Of a stretch of 64,000 nt of DNA, positions 37,497 through 45,642 are shown piece after piece. The number at the start of each line of letters is the position of its first letter. Position 1 is the stretch's first letter. Source of the DNA: an uncultured Actinomycetes bacterium (GTDB lineage Bacteria > Actinomycetota > Actinomycetes > Streptosporangiales > Streptosporangiaceae); contig CAVUNL010000010.1 in the NCBI GenBank assembly GCA_963742795.1, forward strand, positions 82,827 through 146,826, written 5' to 3'. Below the pieces are notes generated by a model. It saw only the letters and a program-made list of their open reading frames with translations. It ran no database searches and was not told the origin of the DNA. The position numbers and the translations under genes were made by a program.

Positions 37497-37709
37497 TTAG
37501 CTCGTACCGTCGTTCAGCCGGCTCAACTCCACGAGTTCCATCCCGAGCGCCAGGATGCGGTTGAGCGCGCCGTACAGGGCCGCTTGGTCCAAAGTGCCGG
37601 TGAGCACGGTATTGGCGCCGTTAGCTTGGATACCGAAATCCGCGAAGGCCTCGCGCCCGATATCGCCCAGGCCACCAGCAATGGTTATCCGGTAGCGGTG
37701 CGTACGCAC
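37497..37709 (-). CDS. Small YEIRV-motif protein, paralog 3 (convergent)
   Basis: RYRITIAGGLGDIGREAFADF...TVLTGTLDQAALYGALNRILALGMELVELSR. Confidence 0.55.
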   Translation of the reverse strand: MRTHRYRITIAGGLGDIGREAFADFGIQANGANTVLTGTLDQAALYGALNRILALGMELVELSRLNDGTS

Positions 37710-37972
37710 GTCCCCTCCACAGACATAAGTGGCCGGGTATGCGCAACGCGGAGTGACCCGTGCACCGGAACTATATAGGTGCGTGATAATACGGTTGCAC
37801 GTTAGTGGTCACATATGCCTAAGCGTTATCTACCGTGGCCTTACGGAACGACGGCCACTACTGGCCGTGTCCCGTACGACGCAGCGGAAGCCCAAGTGGG
37901 AGGTGGAGGTATCGATGGGCTGGGCCATCCGGGCGGCGGGGCGGTAGCGGCGGCAGTAGTTCGGCGCCTCCA

Positions 37973-38065
37973 GAGCCGGCCGTCGGTGGTACGGCCGTGC
38001 CCCTGGCGTCCGCCCTCCACCACCGCCTCCGCCGTGTAGAGGACCTTCTGAAGCTGAACGGCCAT
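37973..38065 (-). pseudogene. 5' remnant of an Ohr/OsmC-family peroxiredoxin
   Basis: MAVQLQKVLYTAEAVVEGGRQGHGRTTDGRL matches the Ohr N-terminus. No frame contains the catalytic Cys regions downstream. Confidence 0.5.
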
Positions 38066-38112
38066 GACGTGATCCCTTCGAGTCAGCGATTCGCGCGTCC
38101 AGGTATGTCAAA

Positions 38113-38127
38113 CCACGGTCCGTTCGG
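38113..38127 (-). repeat. Dispersed motif copy 4 (exact CCGAACGGACCGTGG on the minus strand)
   Basis: Preceded on the minus strand by CATATTT. Lies about 47 nt upstream of the Ohr remnant ATG. Confidence 0.8.
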
Positions 38128-38321
38128 AAATATGTCAATTCAGAACAGACCGTGCCGCGTGATGGGCGACAAGCACATGGTCAGCATCAGTGCTGCTGCC
38201 CCACCGCCGGCAGGAGCAAATGACTGGAAGGCCGCTCGGTCAGCGGGTTACACTCCCGGCATGGTCCAGACGGCCCGCCTGCTCCTCATGACGCCGCACT
38301 GACACGATCGGTCAGTGCGGC

Positions 38322-38350
38322 AGCCCCTCACGCGTGAGGGGCTTTTTCGT
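38322..38350 (+). terminator. Intrinsic-terminator-like hairpin plus T-tract immediately upstream of leuS
   Basis: AGCCCCTCACG/CGTGAGGGGCT is a perfect palindrome followed by TTTTTCGTTT. It is preceded by a second perfect 11-bp hairpin (38293..38321). Confidence 0.7.
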
Positions 38351-38381
38351 TTCCGGCCAACGATGGGACGAGGAGAGCCCG

Positions 38382-40589
38382 ATGGACGAGGGGACGCCGC
38401 GCTTCAGGTACGACGCGCGGCTGGCGAACGAGATCGAGCTGCGCTGGCAGGACCGGTGGGAGCACGAGGGCACCTTCCGCTCCCCGAACCGGGTGGCGGG
38501 GCGGCCCAAGGTCTACCTGGTCGACTTCTTCCCCTATCCCAGCGGCATGGGCCTGCACGTCGGTCACCCGCTGGGCTACATCGGCACCGATGTGTTCGGG
38601 CGGTACCTGCGCATGACCGGGCATGACGTGCTGCACCCCTTCGGCTTCGACACCTTCGGTCTGCCCGCCGAGCAGTACGCGATCGACACCGGCCAGCACC
38701 CGGCCGTGACCGTGCGGCAGAACGCGGCCGCCATGCGGCGCCAGCTGCGGCGCCTAGGCCTGGGACACGACCGCCGCCGTGAGATCATGACCAGCGACCC
38801 GTCCTTCTACCGCTGGACGCAGTGGATCTTCCTGCAGATCTTCAACAGTTGGTACGACCGGACCGCCGGGCCGCCGGGCTCGAGGGGGCGGGCCCGGCCG
38901 GTCAGCGAGCTGGTCGCCGAGTTCGCCTCCGGGCAGCGTCCGGTCCCGGGCGGCCGGGCCTGGGCCGGCCTGTCCGCCACCGAGCAGCGGGACATCGTCG
39001 ACGATCACCGGCTGGCCTACCAGGCCGAACAGATCGTCAACTGGTGCCCGGGACTGGGCACCGTCCTGGCTGACGAGGAGGTGACGGACGAGGGCCGCAG
39101 CGCGGTGGGCAACTACCCCGTCTACCGCAGGCCGCTGCGGCAGTGGCTGCTGCGCATCACCGCCTTCGCCGAGCGGCTGCTGGCCGACCTGGACGGCGTG
39201 GACTGGCCGGAGAACGTCAAGCGCCTGCAACGCAACTGGATCGGCCCGAGCGGGGGACCGTACCGGCTAAGGGACTGGCTGTTCTCCCGGCAGCGGTACT
39301 GGGGCGAGCCGTTCCCCATCGTCTACGACGAGGCCGACCCGGCCCGGCCGATCGCGCTGCCCGAGGAGATGTTGCCGGTCACGCTGCCCGACGTGGCCGA
39401 CTTCCGGCTGCTGCCCCAGGACGACGCGAGCGACCCGGTGCCCGCCCTGGCCCGGGCCATCGAGTGGTCGCAGGTCACACTGGATCTGGGCGACGGCCCC
39501 AAACGCTACCGTCGCGAGCTGAACGTCATGCCCCAGTGGGCGGGCTCGTCCTGGTACTACCTGCGCTACCTGGATCCGTTCAACACCAGCGCCCTGATCG
39601 GCCCGGACATCGAGCGCTACTGGATGCGGCCGGGCGGCGTCGACCTGTACGTCGGCGGCGTCGAGCACGCGGTGCTGCACCTGCTGTACGCCAGGTTCTG
39701 GCACAAGGTGCTGTACGACATCGGCGTGGCGAGCACCGCCGAACCGTTCGGCCGGCTGTTCAACCAGGGCTACATCCTGGCCGACGCGTTCACCGACGCC
39801 CGCGGCCAGTACGTGCCCGCGGCCGAGGTGACCCGCGAGCCGGACGGCTGGGCCTACCGCGGGCAGCCGGTCACCCGGCGGGCCGGGAAGATGGGCAAGA
39901 GCCTGAAGAACGGCGTCAGCCCCGACGAGATCTACACTTCCTACGGCGCGGACACGCTGCGCCTGTACGAGATGGCCATGGGCCCGCTGGACGCCGACCG
40001 CCCATGGCACACCGACGACATAGTCGGCATGCACCGCTTCCTGCAACGCCTGTGGCGCCTGATCGTGGACGAGTCGACGGGGGAGACGCTGCCGTCACCA
40101 GACGCTCAGGAGCCCCTGGACGCGGCCACCACCCGGCTGCTGCACCAGACGATCATCGCCGTCCAGGACGACTTCGCCGCGTTGCGGTTCAACACCGCGA
40201 TCGCGCGGATCATCGAACTGACCGCGCACGCCTCCCGGCTGGATCACCTACCGCGCGCGCTGGCCGAGCCGCTAGTTCTGATGGTGGCGCCGCTGGCCCC
40301 GCACGCCGCCGAGGAGCTGTGGCAGCGGCTGGGGCATCCCGCGTCGCTGGCCTTCGAGCCGTTTCCTCAAGGCGATCCCGCCCTAGCCGCCGAGGCCACC
40401 GTGACGTTGCCCGTCCAGGTCAACGGCAAGCGCCGGTTCACCATCGAGGTCCCTGCCTCCGCCGGCGAGGCCCAGATCGCCGAACTGCTGGCCGAGCATC
40501 CTGGCTACCCACAGCACGACGTTGCCCGCGTGGTCATCGTCCCCGGCAAGATCGTCAACGTCGTCCTGCGCTTAGCGTGCCGGGTTTAG
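38382..40589 (+). CDS. leuS: Leucyl-tRNA synthetase lacking the CP1 editing domain
   Basis: GAGGAGAG RBS. HIGH (HVGHPLGY), KMSKS (KMGKS), [17 protein letters not shown] and the C-terminal tRNA-binding tail are present. The editing insertion is replaced by [15 protein letters not shown]. The protein is about 735 aa. Confidence 0.85.
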   Translation: MDEGTPRFRYDARLANEIELRWQDRWEHEGTFRSPNRVAGRPKVYLVDFFPYPSGMGLHVGHPLGYIGTDVFGRYLRMTGHDVLHPFGFDTFGLPAEQYAIDTGQHPAVTVRQNAAAMRRQLRRLGLGHDRRREIMTSDPSFYRWTQWIFLQIFNSWYDRTAGPPGSRGRARPVSELVAEFASGQRPVPGGRAWAGLSATEQRDIVDDHRLAYQAEQIVNWCPGLGTVLADEEVTDEGRSAVGNYPVYRRPLRQWLLRITAFAERLLADLDGVDWPENVKRLQRNWIGPSGGPYRLRDWLFSRQRYWGEPFPIVYDEADPARPIALPEEMLPVTLPDVADFRLLPQDDASDPVPALARAIEWSQVTLDLGDGPKRYRRELNVMPQWAGSSWYYLRYLDPFNTSALIGPDIERYWMRPGGVDLYVGGVEHAVLHLLYARFWHKVLYDIGVASTAEPFGRLFNQGYILADAFTDARGQYVPAAEVTREPDGWAYRGQPVTRRAGKMGKSLKNGVSPDEIYTSYGADTLRLYEMAMGPLDADRPWHTDDIVGMHRFLQRLWRLIVDESTGETLPSPDAQEPLDAATTRLLHQTIIAVQDDFAALRFNTAIARIIELTAHASRLDHLPRALAEPLVLMVAPLAPHAAEELWQRLGHPASLAFEPFPQGDPALAAEATVTLPVQVNGKRRFTIEVPASAGEAQIAELLAEHPGYPQHDVARVVIVPGKIVNVVLRLACRV

Positions 40590-40622
40590 CGCGGCAGCTT
40601 TGCGAGCGTTGCGAGGCACCCC

Positions 40623-41795
40623 CTACACTCCCGGTCCCGTCACTGGGCGCTGGATGGCCTGCAGGGCCTCCAGCAAGGCTGGGTTCGACACCCCGGTCCA
40701 GTCCTGGGCGAACAGCCCGTAGCTGGAACGATCGCCGAGCGCGAACTGCAGCTGGTTAGTCTGCGGGGTGGTGCCCCGGCACATGGTTCCGTCCAGCAGC
40801 CACCAGCACCAGTCCACGTCTGTCTGCCCGGCCCACGCCAGGAAGTTGTTAAACCACGCCCCGAGGTTCCCGTCTGACGGACTGGACGCCCCGATCACCG
40901 AGGAGGCGCCGACGGCAGCCAGGCTGTCGTTGCCGGTGCCGAACTCCCCTATCCACACCGGCGCCGTCCCCTCCGTCATCAGGAACCCCCCGGCCTTGTT
41001 CATCGCGGTGATGTAATCGGCCTGCGACTGCCCGGATGGGTGGTACCAGGCATAGTCGTGCATCGAGTACACCACGCAGTTGCCATGGCCCGGGGTGACC
41101 AGGCTTTTCTGGGTGCCCGTCAGGTCCCCGGCGTAGGACAGGCCCTCGCAGAAGAACAGCGCGCTACCGTCCGCTGCCTGGATGCCGGTGGCCGTACTGG
41201 TATAGAGCTGGCAGAAGTCGGTGTCAGTGTTCCCGTCGCCCCACGACGGGGTGTAGGTGGTCCCGCCGATGGTGGCCGTCCTCGGCTCGTTCTTCAGGTC
41301 ATAGCCGATTACCAGCGGGTTACTGGCGAACGCGCCGGCCACCGTCAGCCAGTCGTTCGTGAACCTGGAGCTGGGCCAGTTCCCGTTCCACCACAGGCCG
41401 TTCCCGTCGTTCCCCGAGCAGCACCAGCCCTCGAACAGCAGATGGCAGTTCGGGATCACCATCAGGCCCGCCTCGGTCAGTGCCTGCACGCACGCGGTGT
41501 ACACCTGCCAGGGGGTGCGGCCGACCAGATCCGGGTTGGCGGCAACGCCGGAGGAGGCCACCGGAGAGCCCCAGGTCACAGTCTGCAGCGCGAACGGAAA
41601 CCGCACGCTGTTGAACCCCCACTCCGCGATCTGGGCCGCGATATCGTCGCGCTGCCGGTAGTCCAGGCCCCCGGGTGTCATCGCGTCCTGGTGCGCCCCG
41701 GCCCAGTTGACCCCGGCGAGCTTGACCCGGTTGCCGTTCGCGTCGGTGATCCACCGCCCCGAGACCGACAGCGGGGTAGCAATGGCCATAGTCAT
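40623..41795 (-). CDS. Glycoside hydrolase family 5 (cellulase-like)
   Basis: FNSVRFPF, YDLKNEP (acid/base) and WIGEFG (nucleophile). No obvious signal peptide. Confidence 0.8.
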   Translation of the reverse strand: MTMAIATPLSVSGRWITDANGNRVKLAGVNWAGAHQDAMTPGGLDYRQRDDIAAQIAEWGFNSVRFPFALQTVTWGSPVASSGVAANPDLVGRTPWQVYTACVQALTEAGLMVIPNCHLLFEGWCCSGNDGNGLWWNGNWPSSRFTNDWLTVAGAFASNPLVIGYDLKNEPRTATIGGTTYTPSWGDGNTDTDFCQLYTSTATGIQAADGSALFFCEGLSYAGDLTGTQKSLVTPGHGNCVVYSMHDYAWYHPSGQSQADYITAMNKAGGFLMTEGTAPVWIGEFGTGNDSLAAVGASSVIGASSPSDGNLGAWFNNFLAWAGQTDVDWCWWLLDGTMCRGTTPQTNQLQFALGDRSSYGLFAQDWTGVSNPALLEALQAIQRPVTGPGV

Positions 41796-41927
41796 CCTCC
41801 GTGTGAAAGCAGGCGGCAGCCATGCTGGTTCCCGGATGGTTATCTAGCATTCTGAGCCATAGCAAGCCTGCCCGGTCAGCGCCGGCCGGGACCACATACC
41901 CGGTAAGAAGGCGGCTGTGGCGCTGGA

Positions 41928-42608
41928 GTGCCTGAGGTGTGTGCAAGATGGCATGGTTGGGTGCACATTGGGCTGATGAGGATACGACACCTGGACATGG
42001 CTCCGTCCGTCCACCCCGAGGCCTACGTGGCGCCGACGGCGGTGATCAGCGGCGAGGTCCGCATCGGCCGCGGCAGCTGCATCATGCACGGCGCGGTAGT
42101 TGCCGCCGAGGGCGGCCCGGTTGAGATCGGCGCCAATTGCATGATCATGGAGAACGCGGTGCTGCGCGGCACCCCGCAGAACGCGCTCATCATGGGTGAT
42201 CACGTCCTGGTCGGCCCGCACTCGCACCTGACCGGCTGCGGGATCGCCGATGAGGTGTTCATCGCCACGGGCGCCAAAGTCTTCAATGGCGCGCAGATGG
42301 GCCGGGCCAGCAGCGTCGCGCTCGGCGGCACGGTCCATATCGGCTGCGTGGTGCCTCCGCTGGCCCGGATCCCCATCGGCTGGGTGGCGGTCGGCGAACC
42401 CGCACGCCTCTACCCGCCCGGCGATGCGGAGGCGATCCGGGCCGGCATCGCCGAGTTTGGCGGCGGCTTCCTTCCGTTCGTGTTCGGCATCGAGGAGGCC
42501 GCCGACCGCCGCGAGCAGATGCAGGCCGCGCTCCAGCGCTACACCACGGCGGTTGCCCGCCGCCACCGCCAGGACGAGGTCATCCCTGCCGCAGAAGGCG
42601 ACGGATGA
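41928..42608 (+). CDS. Left-handed beta-helix (gamma-carbonic-anhydrase/PaaY-like hexapeptide) protein
   Basis: Hexapeptide repeats: VAPTAVISGEVRIGRGSCIMHGAVV...IGANCMIMENAVL. The start may be an internal ATG near 41973. Confidence 0.7.
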   Translation: MPEVCARWHGWVHIGLMRIRHLDMAPSVHPEAYVAPTAVISGEVRIGRGSCIMHGAVVAAEGGPVEIGANCMIMENAVLRGTPQNALIMGDHVLVGPHSHLTGCGIADEVFIATGAKVFNGAQMGRASSVALGGTVHIGCVVPPLARIPIGWVAVGEPARLYPPGDAEAIRAGIAEFGGGFLPFVFGIEEAADRREQMQAALQRYTTAVARRHRQDEVIPAAEGDG

Positions 42609-42680
42609 CCTCGGCAGCGGCAACCTAGGCGCCTGGCTTGGCCTAGGCTGTGGGTTCCGCATCAGGCCAAGGAGGTATCG

Positions 42681-43355
42681 ATGGCGCGAGAGATCGACCG
42701 GGAACAGGTTCGCCGTTTCATGGAGCAGGGCGCCCAGATCGTCGACGTGCTGCCGGCCCGGGAGTACGGCGAGGAGCACCTGCCCGGAGCGATCAACCTT
42801 CCACTGCGGCGGATCGAAGCCGAGGCGAGCCAGGTGCTTGATCGCAGCCGGCCCGTGATCGTGTACTGCGCGGACTCTGCTTGAGACCTCAGCCCACGAG
42901 CCGCGTGCCGGCTCGAGACTCTCGGGTTCACCGAGGTATACGACTACCGGACGGGCAAGCAGGACTGGGTGGGAGCAGGCTTGCCCACCGAAGGGACGAA
43001 CACGCAGCGCCCGCGCCTGGTTGATGTGGTCAGGCGGGACGTACCGACGTGCTCCCTGGGTGAGCGACTGGGCGACGTCCGTGATCGAGCCATCGCCGCG
43101 GGATGGGACGCGTGCGTGGTCGTGAGCCAAGACCGGGTTGTCCTCGGGCTGCTCCGGGCCAAAGAACTCCAAGCCGATCCGTACCTCCTGGTCGAACGCG
43201 TCATGCGTCCGGGACCGAGCACGTACCGGCCGTTCGTGAGCGTGGAGGAGATGCGTCGCACGATGACCGAACGCAACCTGGAGAGCTCGCCCGTCACGAC
43301 CTCGGACGGCAGGCTCGTCGGGCTCGTCCGCAAGCAGGACGTGGGCATCACGTAG
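42681..43355 (+). CDS. Rhodanese-CBS fusion protein interrupted by one in-frame TGA (42882..42884)
   Basis: ORFs 42681..42884 and 42969..43355 are in the same frame with no other stop between them. The rhodanese sequence continues across the TGA (VIVYCADSA-TGA-DLSPRAACRLETLGFTEVYDYRTGKQDW). A CBS pair follows. Confidence 0.6.
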
Positions 43356-43489
43356 CGGCCAGGCTCTGTCCCTGGCGGCCGGGCGGCCCGGACCGCCCGG
43401 CCCGGGCGCGGATCCGGGTCACCAGCGAGCCCGTACCTGGCCGGGAAAACCAGGCGACAGACCGAGGGTGAAGCGGCAGGATCGCCGAT

Positions 43490-44581
43490 GTGGTTCCTGA
43501 GTTCATCCCCGGTCTTCAGCTTGCCCGCGGGTTCTACGCCACCGTGGTCCGCCCGCTGCTGGAGGAGCAGTTCTCGCAGGTGCCGTACGCGGCGGCACTG
43601 CTCGGCCCCGGATCGGAGGTCGCCGGCTTCGACAGCCAGCGCTCCACCGATCACGACTGGGGTCCGCGCCTGCAGATCTTCCTGCCCGACAGCGACGCAG
43701 ACCGCCACGCCACGGCCCTCACCGCGATGTTGGCCCGCCGCCTGCCAGGGTCCTTTCGCGGCTACCCGGTTGCGTTCCCCGTCACCAGCGAACCTGGCGG
43801 CGCGGGCCGGCACCGGGTGGAGGTCACCGGCCTGGGCACGTGGCTGACCTCGCAACTCGGGTTCGACCCGCGACCCGCCGTCACCCTGCTGGACTGGCTG
43901 GCCACGCCCGCGCAGCGGCTGGCGGAGTTCACCACGGGAGAGGTCTTTCACGACGGGCCCGGCGAGCTGAGCCGCGCCCGCGAGACCATGGCCTGGTATC
44001 CCCACGACGTGTGGTTGTACCTGCTGGCCTGCCAGTGGCAGCGTATCGGGCAGGAAGAAGCCTTTCCCGGCCGGTGCGCGGAGGCCGGCGATGACCTTGG
44101 CTCTGCCATCGTCACCGCACGCCTGGCGCGCGACCTGATGCGGTTGTGTCTGCTGATGCACCGGCGGTACCCGCCCTACAGCAAATGGCTGGGAACCGCC
44201 TTCGCGCGGCTTCCAGGCACCGCTGGACTCACCGCATCCCTGGCGGCCGCGCTATCCGCTGGCAGCTGGCCCGTACGCGAGCAGCACCTGCGCGAGGCTT
44301 ACCAGATCGTCGCCACGCTGCACAACCAGCTGGGACTCACCCCGCCGCTGGATACCTGCACGCGCGGCTTCTATGACCGGCCCTATCAGGTCATCGGCGC
44401 CGACCGCTTCACTGCCGTGCTGCGAGAGGCGATCACGGACCCGCAGATCAGATGGCTGCCGCCTGCCGGCGCGATCGACCAGTTCGTCGACAGCACCGAC
44501 GCCGCCAACGACCTCCGCTTCCTGCGTGCCTGCGCCATAGCAGCCTGGATGGGGGAAACCCCAGGACACGACGGGGGCTAA
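43490..44581 (+). CDS. DUF4037-type (nucleotidyltransferase-associated) protein
   Basis: PGLQLARGFY...AAALLGPGSEVAGFDSQRSTDHDWGPRLQIFL matches the family as I remember it. Confidence 0.6.
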   Translation: MVPEFIPGLQLARGFYATVVRPLLEEQFSQVPYAAALLGPGSEVAGFDSQRSTDHDWGPRLQIFLPDSDADRHATALTAMLARRLPGSFRGYPVAFPVTSEPGGAGRHRVEVTGLGTWLTSQLGFDPRPAVTLLDWLATPAQRLAEFTTGEVFHDGPGELSRARETMAWYPHDVWLYLLACQWQRIGQEEAFPGRCAEAGDDLGSAIVTARLARDLMRLCLLMHRRYPPYSKWLGTAFARLPGTAGLTASLAAALSAGSWPVREQHLREAYQIVATLHNQLGLTPPLDTCTRGFYDRPYQVIGADRFTAVLREAITDPQIRWLPPAGAIDQFVDSTDAANDLRFLRACAIAAWMGETPGHDGG

Positions 44582-44648
44582 CCGCATTCCGCTCGCCTGC
44601 CCGAGGTCCATACCGTTTCTGCAGGAGTTAACGGAATGTTCGGAGGGC

Positions 44649-45110
44649 ATGATGGCCATAGATAGCCAGGCTGAGATCGCCGCTTCGGTGGCCGCCCTGC
44701 AGGACCTTGGCCCCGGCTTTGACCAGGCACTGGCCGAGGGTCTGGTGGAACGCATCGGGGCGGAGATCGACAAGCGGATCGCGGCCGAGATCGACAACCG
44801 GGTCACGGCGGAGGTGGACAGCCGCATCCTGACCCAGCTGGACCGGTACGCCGGCTGCAGGCACCAGCGCCGCCGGGCCAAACGCATGATTCGGGCCGAA
44901 CGGCGCATGGCCCGGGCCGCTCAGGCCGACCGCCCCGGTCGGCAGTCCCTCATGCTGGCCCTCGGGTCCATGCTGGTCACCCTGCCGGTGACCGCGATCG
45001 TGCTCAAGGGGTCCCCGGGCTTCGCCGCCATCATGCTCATGGCCCTGATCTGGGTCATCGTCGGCATCATCAATGTGGCCTACGCCGTGCGCAAGTTCCC
45101 GCAGCAGTAG
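44649..45110 (+). CDS. Hypothetical membrane protein with an AEIDxRI-type triple repeat and two C-terminal TM helices
   Basis: GAEIDKRIAAEIDNRVTAEVDSRI, a basic stretch, then hydrophobic helices. Confidence 0.5.
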   Translation: MMAIDSQAEIAASVAALQDLGPGFDQALAEGLVERIGAEIDKRIAAEIDNRVTAEVDSRILTQLDRYAGCRHQRRRAKRMIRAERRMARAAQADRPGRQSLMLALGSMLVTLPVTAIVLKGSPGFAAIMLMALIWVIVGIINVAYAVRKFPQQ

Positions 45111-45642
45111 CAGCCAGCTAGGGGCCTGTTTCGTGGATCTTGGTTGTCCACCAACCCCCGCGAGTGAGTGGAAGGCGTGGCCGTCGGCGAATCCGTTGCT
45201 GAATCGCACGCCGTGCTCCTTCGAACCGTCGAAGTCGGCGAGCGTTACCCCGAGTGAGAGGGGAATGATCGCGCGAAAGGTCAGCAGTGCCAGCTGGGTG
45301 TATCACCAGCCCGATTCCGGCCTCCGAGAAACTAGACCACTGCCCGGGCTATGGGCGCGCTCCTATGGAGGTAGTGCCTGCCTGCGGCAATGGTGGTTAC
45401 TAGAAATGAGGATGACCGGTGAATCAGGAGAGCCCTTCGGGCGGTATGTTCAGCATCTCCTACGCGACGATGCGTAAGTTCGTCGGATGGCTTGGCTTGT
45501 CACTGCCATTCATTCTTCCAGCCGGTTTCGTGATCTTGTTCTCGCGTCACGGCTTCCCGGGATCTATAAGTGGCTATTACTACACCGGAATGCGGAACTA
45601 TCTAGTAGCCGCCCTGTGTGTCCTGGGGGTGCTCCTATGGAT

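Noticed and set aside
38130-38381. T-box riboswitch upstream of leuS
   Set aside because: I could not find the conserved T-box sequence (GGUGGNACCGCG-like) or an antiterminator alternative to the terminator helix. AATGACTGGAAGGCCGC is only a weak resemblance.
38382-40589. The CP1-less LeuRS as the self-resistance gene of an adjacent biosynthetic cluster
   Set aside because: No PKS, NRPS, RiPP or nucleoside-antibiotic biosynthetic genes are visible within the window. The idea stays open only for the wider genome.
44628-45306. Minus-strand ORFs 44628-45209 and 45118-45306
   Set aside because: Most of 44628-45110 is antisense to the better-supported membrane-protein gene. A short stretch (TLADFDGSKEHGVRFSNGFADGH) might be another gene remnant, but I cannot assign it.
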